Source: Auanema rhodensis (taxonomy: Eukaryota; Animalia; Nematoda). From it: 64,000 nucleotides of DNA. Position numbers and translations under genes: made by a program. Within the stretch, counting starts at the first letter, position 1. Each line of letters begins with the position of its first letter. The stretch covers positions 4,340,001 through 4,404,000 of the forward strand of contig OZ059898.1 in assembly GCA_964057225.1 (NCBI GenBank). Reading direction: 5' to 3'. Shown piece after piece: positions 42,119 to 55,064 of this stretch. Under the pieces are notes generated by a model. The model was not told the DNA's origin. It saw only the letters and a program-made list of their open reading frames with translations, and did no database searches.

Positions 42119-44985
42119 ATTAATATAAATTAAATAATTTACCAGTAAAGTGTGTGTCACCAGTTTTGAAACATTGATACCATTTAACTCCTTTAGCTTC
42201 ACGTCGTCCACCCATATATAAGAATACAGCTAAGAACCTGAATAAAAATTGAAAAATATCAATTATATATTAATTGAAAAAGAGTAATACATAGAAAATG
42301 TATTGAAATCAAATAGTCTTTTCCAGCTATAAGATCAGAAAAAAACAAGAATAAACTCCAGCAAAATACATACATAAAGAGCATGAAAATGAGAGCAGCA
42401 CAGGCTGACGAAAGAGTGACGAAAGTAGATTGCATGTGTAAGTTCTTTGAAAATATGCCAACAATTCCTGAATATATATTCTTATACTTAAAACAAAAAC
42501 ATATATTATATGTATGTTTATTACCAAAACTAATGCTAACAATAGCTATACCACTTGCGATTCCAGGACCATCATAAGATAATATGAAAGCAAGTTTTTC
42601 AGTGGGATGTAAACTGGCAAAAGAGAATCGTGACCAAGCAAAATGTAAATGAAATGAGTATAATAGTCCAATTGCTGAAAGAAGCTCAAAAGTAATATCA
42701 AATATTAAAACCATATATACGTCAATAAAAAATATAAAATAAAGATTTAAAATGAGATAAATTGAATAGGTTTTCATTTTAAACGTCATCATATGAAACA
42801 TTATAAGATTTGAAATCTTATAATATTATAATTAAATATGATAAATAATTCAAAAATTATTAAAATAAATTGTATTTTAACTATTATTTAATAATTAATG
42901 ATTTATATATATTTGAATATAAACAAATATATTTATGGCAATGTTTCATGTCATTCTAACTGAATGTTGCCCTTGTTTCATATAAAATTCCGGTCTTATA
43001 CCTTTATATGTCAAAGAAAAAAAAAAGAAAACTAATTAGAAAACTAACCAATAATAACAAAAAATACTGGCCATAATATGGGATTGTAAATAAATGAAAA
43101 GGCTGATTGAACGAATAAGCCGAAAGCTGAGATGACAAGAAGTATAAAACCTATTTGGACACCAACTAGTGGTTTACTCTGAACATAAAATATATTTAAT
43201 TTGAATAATATTTTTATTTTACCTGGTAAGCATTTGAAGCAAATGTGGCTAAAAAGGCAAAAACAACTAAGATAAGTGCCGAAAATACAAGAAACTGATG
43301 TGTTGTAGTTACAGATTCAATTACAGAAGAATTAAATGTTGTTGGTGACCAAGGTAAGAATGTCACATTTCCAGCTGATGTATGATTAACCTTAAATATT
43401 ATTTTTATAATTTATTTATTATATTTTAATTTTAATGAATCACCTGATCAAAAAAGTTTTTTGTCCACATTTCATGTTGATTATTGTCTAAATCATTACG
43501 GATTTGGAATGTCATTAAGAATGATTGAGCTTTTGATATAGCACCATCTGTATCTGTTTCAACTCCTTAAAAAAATTTTTTTTTATTCAAAATTATTTAT
43601 TTGTATTATAAACCTCCTATTGAAGAACCCAAATAAACACGACTTAAATTACTTGAATCTTTACTCATACTAACAAATGTTTCAGGAAACGTTAAAGCAA
43701 CCTAAAACTTTATTTAAAAATTTAAAAATTGGATTGTTTAAACCTGGGGACTTTTCTTTATTATACGATCAACCATTTCTCGTTCTAGTTCGCAATTAGC
43801 TGAGCAACTTTCTAAGAAATCTCGTCGAGCATTAGGGAAATCGTCGATTTTTCGTTTAAGTACGGTATATGCAAGAACAGCATCACGACGTAAAATTGAA
43901 TCTTTGTTATCCCTTAAGAATATTTGAAAATTTAAAACTTGAAAACTTGAAAACATACAAAGTTTTCATGAGTATGGCATAACTATGTTCATCTAAACAG
44001 TTAAGAGCAGTAAATGCTGGATTACTACTAACAAAAGGTGGAAGAGATGTTCGTGCTACTCCAAACCCATTACTAATCACATCACTTTTTCCAAATAAAT
44101 GAGAGAATGGAAGTGATATAAGCAGTTTGTCATGATTAACTACAGGAGCAATTATTGATAAAGCCAAAAGAATTAGAGGAATAGCCTAAAATAATTTTTT
44201 TTCAAATAAAATTTTTTAATTAATTACCGTAAAAAGAAAAGTATGATTAGCTACAAGTTTTCCCAAATACCATAACATTCTTCTTAATCCAGATTCAATA
44301 AATGATAATGATCGAATTCTGTATACTGCTTGAGTAAAAACTGAAATATAACAAAAATAATTTTCTTTTTTCTTTTAAAATTAAAATTTTTATTTGTAAT
44401 TACCTCCACCACCTCCATAAACAATAGCTGGATGTGATTGTTGTAACATATCCATCTTTTGAACATATTGAGCTAATTGCATATCATTTGTAATTCTTCG
44501 AACTAATGAACGTTGTTTTTCAATTTTTTGCTCACGCCGTTCAAGTGTTGAGGAATTTGAAGTTGGCTCCTTAAATATTAATATATTCGTTTTCTTTCAT
44601 TATATTGGTTATACTTCAACATAGCTTGTACGTTCAGTAGAGCTTGAATTCGTATTTTCTTTTGATTCTGATTTGAAGAAATGTGATTCTAATTGTTCTT
44701 CTTTACTACTTGTAGTTCCGTTTGATACACCATCAGATGGAGGAGGATTATTAGGAATTGTTGGAGGAGGTCCAAGCTAAAGGAGATAATCATTGAGGTT
44801 TTTTATTTATAATTGATAATGTTATAACATTGTTCGTTTTATAACGGAACGGTTTCTGATCAATCAACAAGCCAAATGACTGGAAAATAAGAAATGACAA
44901 ACTACTGATAAGATGTTGACGATTGTCAGATAAGTTAAGAGAGCGTGTTTAGCAATATAGGTGATCTTGACCTATAAATGCGGAG

Positions 44986-45042
<57 letters not shown>

Positions 45043-45505
45043 ATATGAGTGAAAGATAAATGTAATTTCAAAGTAAGTAGATGTAGAATAGCTTCGAATT
45101 AACAAGGTCGATATGGTCACTACTATGACTAACTGCTAGTAATTGAAAAATAAAAGAAAGTTGATTTAAAAAAAAAGAGAAAGAGAGAATTACAGAAAGT
45201 ACTTTTGTAACATTAATAGAAACTATGGTGACAACTTTTTTTTTTGGATTACAATACATGTAACTATTTCAATCAAAAAAATGTACAGATTGTATAAACA
45301 AATGTATTTTTTCTTAAAAACTATTGTCAGTTCATTATGAATAAAATATATTTGGGAATTTTGATAAAGCTTCTGATAAATTGGATTAAAAGATAAAACT
45401 CACAGATTGAGCATCATCATCTGATATAAATCTTCTTTCCATTCGTATGCTTGGAGGCATACGATTCACAGCATCAGGGCCATGAAGACCCTTTTTGTAA
45501 ACCAT
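39452..45505 (-). CDS. Divergent Patched-related (PTR, sterol-sensing/RND-fold) 12-TM protein, about 27 exons
   Basis: 1+5+1+5 TM pattern with two large loops. PTR-like anchors SKPLVG, FVIIAIGLLYSFHLHFAW, EKLAFILSYDGPGI, YMGGRRE, DLREEYFLPSES, QPIDYHD, SWLNEFKKF, SIGYATLWGVPLNIIT. Long Ser/Arg/Pro-rich C-tail. Confidence 0.85.
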
Positions 45506-45887
45506 TACCTGTTACTATAAAAAATTATAAAATATTGAAATATATCGAAAAGAACATATAATTAAATATAAAATTTAAAATTTAAAAAAAGTAAAGTAAG
45601 AGTATATTTCTAATTAAAACATCTGATAAGTTTAGAACAATTAGTGATATGTACTATATGAACTATCAAAAGAATAGTAATAAATAATAAGAATAAAGAG
45701 TCGGGACCTCAATCGATCTCAATAAAAGGTCAATCGAGAGAGCCTACAGGCGAAACACACGGAGAAGAACGGTAGTAACGATGAAGACAATATTGACAAC
45801 GGCGGTATCACGGATTCTTAGAAGGACGATGTACATATATGGGGGGGGGGGTGAGAAAAAGAGATTGGGAACAGAATAGAGAGAGGG

Positions 45888-45919
<32 letters not shown>

Positions 45920-47256
45920 TGAAGTAGTAGCGCTAGATTTCGGCTGATCATATCAGTTGATAAACCATGATCGACCGAATTATACTTTGGAAGGAATTTT
46001 GGTATGATTCAATCATAAGGTCAATTTTACGTTTTGAAAGTATTAACCCTGAGGCGATTCTGGTAGAGAAGAGGCTTAAGAAGTAATAAATAATTGAAAA
46101 GAAAGTTGTAAAGATAGAATTGAAAAAACAGAATTTTTACAAAAAATAAATGGAAGTTAACTGAGAAGATGGTAAGATGCACCTTAATTTGTTCTTGATT
46201 CTATTGAATCCAAAAGTATATTTCCGACAAATGATTTGAGACTAATTAGAAAGATGATTCGATAATACATATGTATCTGAGAATATAAAGATAAGATGTT
46301 TTATAAAGATATAATAAATTATAATTATAATATATAATTTATAAATTAATTATATTTTAATAAAAATTCAAAAATTAAAAGAAAAATTTGAAAAGAAAAA
46401 ATGAAATAAAATGGTGATAACTACTTGTGATACGAATGATTGAAGACGTTCATGAACAACAGAAACAATAAGAATCTCCAGAAGGGAGGAGTCTGTTTAG
46501 AACGATCGAACGGATATTTGACATGTATCCTATCCGTTCAAATCATTTGGCACTCCCCATCATCTATTGATATTGTTATTGAGAAGATTGAAAGAAACAT
46601 TTCTCAGGAAGGAAGAAAGGTATGAATGTAATTTCTCCTTTAGTCTCTCTCTCCCTCTCTCTCTCATTCTCTCTCTCTTTCGCAAACTATATATAATTGA
46701 GAAATCTTGTTGTTAGATACATATAAACATATATTCTATACTAAAGAGTCCAAGATTAAGATGAACATAATCAACATTATCTAATAAAATTATATAAAAT
46801 AGTAATAAAAGACAAGAATATTAATATAAGATTAATTAAATATTTTTTTATAAAAATTCGAATATTTTAAAAATTTATTCAATTATAATAAACAAAAAGA
46901 TTTATGACAATATTTGGTTATAACTATAAGTAGTATTCATTACAAATTGGCTCCTAATTGTTGAATGAGATACATGACCAGCAATGGAAATATTACTTGA
47001 AATAGAATGAGAGAGAGAAAAGAATAAAACAAAAAGAAAATAGAAGAAGACATGTTAATAATAGATTAGTAAGGGATTTTAATTATATTTATTAGTATTT
47101 TGAAAGAACTTCTTAATGATTATATAATATTTGAGGTAGATGAAAAAGGTTTATAATGTGGAAAAAAAAGAATTATTAGATATATATGTATGTATATATA
47201 TATATAGTTAAGTGTATGTTAAGTAAATGTTAGTGTATTTATATACAATATGATAT

Positions 47257-48733
47257 TCACCATAATGATCTTTTAGTATGTTCTTCAACAAAAACTGTTT
47301 TAACACTATTTAGAAGTTGAAAAAATGAATTAAAAATAGTATTAAAGGCAAGAAATATGAACTTGAAAACAAGAGAAATACAATTTCGGATAAAAGATAT
47401 AAGATGATTTACATTTTCGCCCATATTTTCCATTAATTCTTCATAACCTCTATAAATCTAAAACAATTATATTACTTAATAGAAATATTTTATTTGTAAA
47501 TCTAACCGTATCTATAGTTCCTCCGAATATAGCCCACAAAATGGTTTGAATTGCAGCAAAACCATCGAAGATTGATTTAAAGAAGTTTTTGAATCCTAAA
47601 ATTTTAAATTTTAATATCTTCTAAATTAAAAATATATACCTGAATTAGCTTCATATGAAACTTGATTAATTTGAGAAAGTAATTCAGCCAAATAACTTTC
47701 TTGTTCTTCACATAAAGCATCAAACAGAGGACAAAATGGTCCAGCAAAATATCTTTAACATGGAAAAATTATTGTTTTTTTTTTAAATAAATAAAACTCA
47801 CGTGCAGAAAATTCCAGATTCTTGTGGGGAAACGATATGGCGAATAAAGCGGAGAAGTACAACAGAGACGAATAATGCCATGAGAGAAAGAATAGCCAAT
47901 CCACTTAAACGAATGATTTCTCTGAAAATATAGATTTGGCTAAAGAAATAAAGATGAAACTAACTTGTGTTCTTGTGGAAACTGATATAAACAGTTTTTT
48001 AATTTATAAATCTCTGATTTCAAAGTGATTATACATTGAGGTAATTCAGTAGATGATGATTGTGAATCAGTTGTTCCATTTTGATGTTTTGACTCATCAG
48101 AAGATATAGAAGTAGTTGTAACTTCTTGAGTTTGGTCAGGCATTACAGATATCTCGTTAGATGGAGAAATAGGAATTTCAGATGAAGTAGGGATTAATTC
48201 TTTTTCTGAAATATCACAAGAATTGATTAGATGATCACTATTATCAATAGTAATATCATCTATATCATTAGTATTAGAACTAGATGAAGAGCAAGATATT
48301 TGATCCACATTAATATGAATTGTAGTCATAATCATGAATACTATGAATAAAGAATAGAGAAGCTTCAATCTCAAACAATAAGAAAACGAAGAAGAAAAAG
48401 AAAAAAGAAAAAGGTACTTTCTTAAGTAAATATAAGATTGGTAAACGAACCAATTTAACAAAAGAAAATAAAAGTTAACATGATTGAAGTATTGAGACCA
48501 TATGACTGAGTTAACAAGCTCATATCATCTACAAGTTGTAAATGTTTCTTCATTTCAGCTATTGTAGTATTGTGAAACTAAGATTTCTAATTAGTAGTTT
48601 TTACAACTTTTACCACAAAAATTTTAAATGTTAGAATTAATTTTTGGAAGTTATTATATGAAAAGAAGATTTGAAATTAAATAAAATCAGTTAATTATCT
48701 TTATTTGGTTATTAGAAAGGAATAAATTAATAG

Positions 48734-48778
<45 letters not shown>

Positions 48779-48875
48779 GTTAGAACTAACCTTCAGAGGT
48801 TGTTGGCTGAAGTTCTTCAATAATCTTGCTTTTACCCAACTTCTTATTTGAACGTAATTTATTTAAAAAGGCCAT
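47257..48875 (-). CDS. Unknown membrane protein with two alternative N-termini (ATG 48875 or 48335)
   Basis: Phase-consistent exons 48791-48875, 47965-48205 (or -48335), ~47802-47921, 47640-47752, 47507-47595, 47257-47457. Ser/Thr/acidic N-terminus, TM segment LSGLAILSLMALFVSVVLL, C-x7-C-x6-C, and an amphipathic C-terminus ending KRSLW*. Confidence 0.7.
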
Positions 48876-49310
48876 GCTTTCAGATTGAGAGATTATCTAT
48901 ATTGAAATGTTAAAATTAAATTTAAAATAAGGTAAAGAATGGTTAAAAAGAAAAATATTATGTATATAATAAGAAAATGTTATATGAATTATAATATTAG
49001 TTAAATAATATTAAATAAATAAATATAATAAAATAAAGAATGATATAGATAATTCTTATACATTTAATACTTAAAAAATATTTTTAATAAGAAAATTATA
49101 ATTATATATTATTATTATTATAAAAATATATTTATATTATTCAATAATGCTACTTCTCCTGAATTTATATATTATTTTATTTGTATTAGATGAATGAAAT
49201 ATACATACGTATTTATTTCATATCTAGCTTTTTTCTTTATGTCAAAGAAGTCCGAATATTCGGGTATGTATGTTGTACATACATACAATTTGAATTGAAG
49301 ATAGCTTAAG

Positions 49311-49355
<45 letters not shown>

Positions 49356-51398
49356 ATAACATCAAACGTTAGTTAGTCGTTTTTCATTTGAAAATAAAAA
49401 AAACTTTGCCATTGATTGTTCTCGTTAACAACGTGTGACCTAATGGCAATGTCAATAAAGCTTCTAATACTCAACTTGTGAAATACGAAAGAAGAAGAAG
49501 AAGAAGAATAAAGAAGTTGAGTTGACTTAAAGATTGAAGCATTTGGTGATGGAAATATTCCATATGTTAGTCAGCAGTAAGGAAGCTACTAATGACTTAA
49601 AGAGATTATAAATAAGATAAAAGACGATTGTAACCGATTGTTAGTTCTAAAACTAAAGAGATTGAGTTTCCTTTAACCCAATTGAATTTGTTTTTTATTG
49701 GGCAGAAAAACAATACGAAACTTTTCTTTTTGAGCAAAATAGGAATGCCACGAGTATTTTGAATATAAGACAAGATTATATTGAGTGAAATAATAAATTC
49801 TGAAGAATATTATTATTGTATTAACTAATATCAAGAATATAAGAATCAAAATTAGTCTAAGTTAGAGAGTGTAAGTGATCTCACAAGATACAAACAAGGC
49901 GAAAAGCGTGTTTGTTGGTTTTGCAACACTTATGAACTAAACTCCTTTCGGCACCTATCTAAATATTTCTCTTTTCATTGACTTCGTAAGGCTGCTTTCT
50001 CTCTCTCGTTCTCTCTTAAATCAAGAGAACAAAGCAAAACATAAATACATAATCAATCGGATTAGACTGTTTCTAATCGTCTAAATACAACCTTCCGTAT
50101 TCCAGAAAATTTTAAGAAAATTAGTATCTTTTCATAACATTCCGAAAGAGAAAAGTATGATGAAAATAGTGAGAAATAGTGAGAGAGAGAGAATATTAAT
50201 GATTTTAAAAGAGAGAGAGAGAAAGGGAGGAAAGAGAGAGAGAGAGGGGGAGGAAGGAGAGAAAAAAGACAAATATTTGTGATGACATCACATACACACA
50301 CATACATATATCTACATATAACATGATGACCAGATGTTAAAAACCAGATAGAGTATTGGTATTAGAAAGCTTAGAAATATTATTAATATATTTAGTTAGA
50401 AATAGGCTGAATCTCTTATTTCATGTAGCTGGACACATGCGTAAGAGTCAGAGCATTTCTTTGTGATGAGGGAGATAAGCAGCAAGCAAATCAACATTTC
50501 GAATTTGAAAAACAGGAAGACAAATTTCTATTTCGTTGTTCATAACAAATTTTTTAAGGAAATTTAGTAAAATTTAAGAAACGAGTAGCCAATAATTCTG
50601 ATTTTCAACTGAAAACTGTGAGAAATTTATTTAGGACGTGTTTGTCCTTGAATCGCTTCACTAATTGTTTAATAGTGACTATATACGGAAGAAATATGAT
50701 GACAGAATGCTAAAAATTCCAAAAAAAAATAGTTTTTATAAGAAATTCTTAAATGTAGAAGAAAGAGTTATATACTACTTAAGTGAGTTTATGATTTTAT
50801 TGTTAAATAGGATTAATAGAAGTTTAGTGAGAAAAATGGAAGAGAATATGAATTAAATCACATAGTTTGTTTGAAAAAAGTAAATATAAAATATATGATT
50901 ATTTTTATATAAATTCTTTTTTTAAAATATTGAAATAAGTTCAAATTGCAATGAGAACGACGTTTGATATTGATGAACTTTGTACTTAGCAGAAATAGCT
51001 GATCCTAATAAGAGATACGAAATCTCAGTAAAAGCTATCTAGAAACATTTAGCTAGAGCAGCGCAGGGATTTGAAGGAATATTCAATCTGAGGATATGAA
51101 CGAGATACAGAGAAGAAGAGCATGGATAGGGAATAATCTTACTTGGTAAGAGGAGACAGCAGATACTCTTAGTAAACGATATTACACATATTCACACAGA
51201 GTATTCAAGCATTCGAGGATCTAGATAGAGATCTAATTATTCCAAAAGTAAGCTGACGCACATGCATCAGAAACAAGGATACCAAGGGATACTGGAACAG
51301 GGGATGTTAGAGAAAGAGAATAAGAGTAAATGTTAGAGAATATAGAAGGCAGGGTTGAAAATGAACAGAAAAGGAGAAGGAAAATAGAAGAGGGAACT

Positions 51399-51468
<70 letters not shown>

Positions 51469-52946
51469 AGAGAGCAGAGGTCATATGATCCCTTTGCTAC
51501 CAGTCGACAAGCCAGCGGGGTGAGCAGTTAGCTAATTCACAGCAGATTGACCCTCGACCAGCCTGTTCATATACATAAATAATCGAACAATCTCATTAAA
51601 GAGTTCTAATTATGTTTCATTTAGTTTTATTTGTAAATAAAAATATTTTTTCATATTTTTATAGAGAATTTATATAAATAATAATGTTATAAATCGAAAT
51701 ATAAATCGAAATATAAGAAGATGATGATGAAGAAGAAATAATAATTGAAGTTATGAATGACTGAACATGTAATTCCGTTATAAGAGAAACATTAATTCAA
51801 ATATAATTGTTGGTTAATCAAATAGGATGACTATATATGTTTGTATATTAACTATATATATACGCTAATGTAATATTATTCTTTTGAATATTCAACGTCA
51901 AGGTCATTTATTCAGTGTGAAATATTAAAATAAAAGTCATAAACATCTAATTATTATAAAATATTTCAAGAGAAATATAAAATATGTCTATGAATAACTT
52001 TACAATTAATTGAAACCTAATATTAACAAGCTTATGAGTAAGAAACAGAACATTTTCAATATGATGTCGCCAACAGATGGCTATTTCAGGCTTACAACCG
52101 TTATGCTTTTCACATAGGCACTGACCACTCTATGTTCCTTTCTTGAAAGCCAGATTAGGAGAAAGAGAGTCATATAAAATAAGAGGAGAAAGAAAGGCAC
52201 GGAAAGAGAGAAATGGGGAGGGGAGCATAATAACCATCGAATGGCTATCTAGGCGGTCATGCAGCTGCGAGATGCAAAACATGACGACGAACTAGCCTCA
52301 CCCAACTTCAGACAACGAAAGAGGGATTTTAACTAATGTTCATGTAATCCTTACATGTCAGCTTTCTAGGAGTTTAAAAAATTGAAAATTCTATTCTTAT
52401 AGCTTACTATTGATTTTGTTTCTTTTATTTTTATTTGTATTTCAACAACTTTCTCAGCCTATTAACATATCGGAAACATTCATAATAGGAACAAGAATTT
52501 TTCTTTTCTTCGGCTGTTTAAATTGTGTGTGAATGAATGCCCTATTTTTCACTGAGAAAAGTATCTCATTTAAAAACATATTTGTATCTAAATCATTCTA
52601 ACTATGCTGTATCTGAGGAATAAATGTCAGCTTCCAGGACCTTAGTTCCATTAATAGGCAGTTTTCGACTATTCATATATGTGAAAGAGCCTTCTGCTGA
52701 GTTTTTAAGTTGTTCATTTAAGCAAAAAAAAAACATAAATAGAGCACAGTCTTTTACCACAACTTTCTCTTCTTTAATTTCTTTTATTCAACATCTGTTT
52801 TTTTTTCAATGTTATATTCCTTAATATTCCTATATGTATTGTTAGAAAATATAATAAAATTGAATTAAAAATAGAAAAAAAAACTTTTAAAAATGCATAA
52901 CAAAACACATAACTAATAAATTAATAAATATTAACAATTCATCCTA

Positions 52947-54893
52947 TTAATCATCTAAAATTTCTTCTTTTATCTCATTATCATCTTTTTCTTTAATAAG
53001 ATTTCCTAATACTATACCAGTAAATAGTATAGAACCAATCCAAGAATTTGATTTGAACTTTGTCCAACAGTCATCTCTATTATTAATATCAACAGTTCCA
53101 ATTTGCCATGCTAAATGAGCTGCCGTTCCTAAAAATATATTTTATACAAATATATTAATATATTCTTACCAGCTAATCCAGCATAATATGGCCATGTTTG
53201 GTCAGATAAATGTCCAACAGCAGCTAAACTTCCAATCATAACACTTCCGAATGATGTTAACCAAGTTTTAGTTTTATCACCAAATCGCAATGCTGTTGAT
53301 TTCACACCAATCATAATATCGTCATATTTATCCTATAAAAATAACTATAAACATAGAGGAACATTAACCGAAAGGGGAGTGTGGAACGTTCACAAGGACA
53401 AAAAAGCAAGGCACATGAATTTTTTTTCAAAGTAATCTGAAATATTTTAAGACCTGGTGCGCATAAATCGTGTCGTAGATTAATGTCCATTGTAATGAAG
53501 CAAGGTATACAATCAAAGGTATGCTTCCCAATTCGGCACGTACAGCAGTCCAACCAAGAAGAGCTCCCCATGTGAAAGTGAGTCCTGAGAAGAAAGAAAC
53601 GTGAATTCAAAACAACTTAACATGATAGAAGACATGGAAAAAACGAAATAACAGTCACAAGCACACAAAAATTATAAATGCTCATGAGCGCAGAGCCCCA
53701 ATTTTGCAAGCAAACATTATTATGAGCACGTGATAGTTCACAACATGCACGTACAAGCAAACGTTCCAGATGCCCCAAGAAAGGAAGGAGTTCATAAACT
53801 TATAAGACCTGGTGGCTGTAAATCGTATCGTAGATTACAGTGTAAAGAACAGTGGACATATACAAAGGAAGGACTTTGTAAAAGTCCTGAGAGGGAATCA
53901 TCTCTGCCCAAGCTATTAGGACGCCCCAATTCAAGGTGGCACCTGTAAACGAAAGATGAATTTGACGCAGGGTATCTTATATCAAATATCGACAGGTGAT
54001 AAGCAATTACTACAATACGATTTATAAAATGTAGGTTAAATACATTATTTTCGAAAAAAGTATTATTCATACTAATTGAAAACGATAACTAAGGTACAAC
54101 TCACCTAGCATAAACTGCGGCCAATATGTATACCGTTTAGCTAAAGGATAGCCAATAACTAATAGCATTGATGATGCTCCTACAGCGACGCTGAAAAATA
54201 TTTCTTAAAAAATTAATACGACTAATTTAGAAATCCATACCTAAACCAATTAAGCTGCAATAAAATGGCTAAAGATGATGTTAAAAGCCCTCCTAAAAGA
54301 ACGATAGCTTCACTATTAGTCATCGAACCACATGCTAAGGGACGCATTTTTGTTCTTTCAACCTGAAAACACAAATAAATTAGAAAAAAATTTAAGATAT
54401 CTCACCTTTTTATCAAAATCTTTATCCCAAAGATCATTAATCACACAACCAGCACTACGCATTAAAAAAGCTCCAGCTCCAAATAGAGAAAGTAGGTACA
54501 AGGATGGCAATTCACCCGCAGGAGTTGCTAGAGCTATAGACCAGGTACATGGCCAATAAAGGAGCCAGGTTCCTATATAATAACATCAAGTAATTGACAT
54601 TACATTTTTGACTAAAATCAATTAAAATTAAAATTCTAACCTATAGGCTTATCCGCTCTCATTATACTTAGATATGGTTGCCATTTTTGAGGAGCTTTTG
54701 CTACTAAATCAGAAGCAGTAGGAATTCGAAACTTCACAGCTTCTGCCTAAAATTCATCTCTTGTTTCACATTTCTCTCAAAAGCATTAGACTTTGACTGG
54801 ATTTATAGAACATTTTCTATCAAAACTAGTTATAATACTTGACGTGGATGGTCGAGACAGTAAGAAACACCTGGACAAGGTACATGTGAGCAT
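52947..54893 (-). CDS. coq-2: 4-hydroxybenzoate polyprenyltransferase (UbiA/COQ2) with two mutually exclusive exons (53809-53942 e/RQ type; 53454-53584 a/UQ type)
   Basis: [54 protein letters not shown], duplicated YDTIY(S/A)HQ exon, [18 protein letters not shown]. Mitochondrial-presequence-like N-terminus. Confidence 0.97.
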
Positions 54894-55064
54894 CCCTAAG
54901 AAAAAATATATCTGTTATTTTTCGAAAATGTCTTAATGTACTTGTAATGGTAAATACCTCATAATATAGAAAAATTAATTAGTGAAAAATACATTGTTCA
55001 ACAAAAACAACAACAAATAGAAGTTTAACAAAAAGTATAAAACAAAACAAAAATTAACGTGGTT

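Noticed and set aside
39452-45505. Calling the Patched-related gene tra-2 because it is near tra-1
   Set aside because: It retains PTR-type anchors and has a long cytoplasmic N-terminus rather than a signal peptide; no recognisable TRA-2 sequence.
45509-47413. Fusing the 47-48 kb exons to the Patched-related gene
   Set aside because: A phase-compatible donor exists, but the exon at 47457 stays open for 66 codons to its own stop at 47257, which favours two genes. Fusion is not fully excluded.
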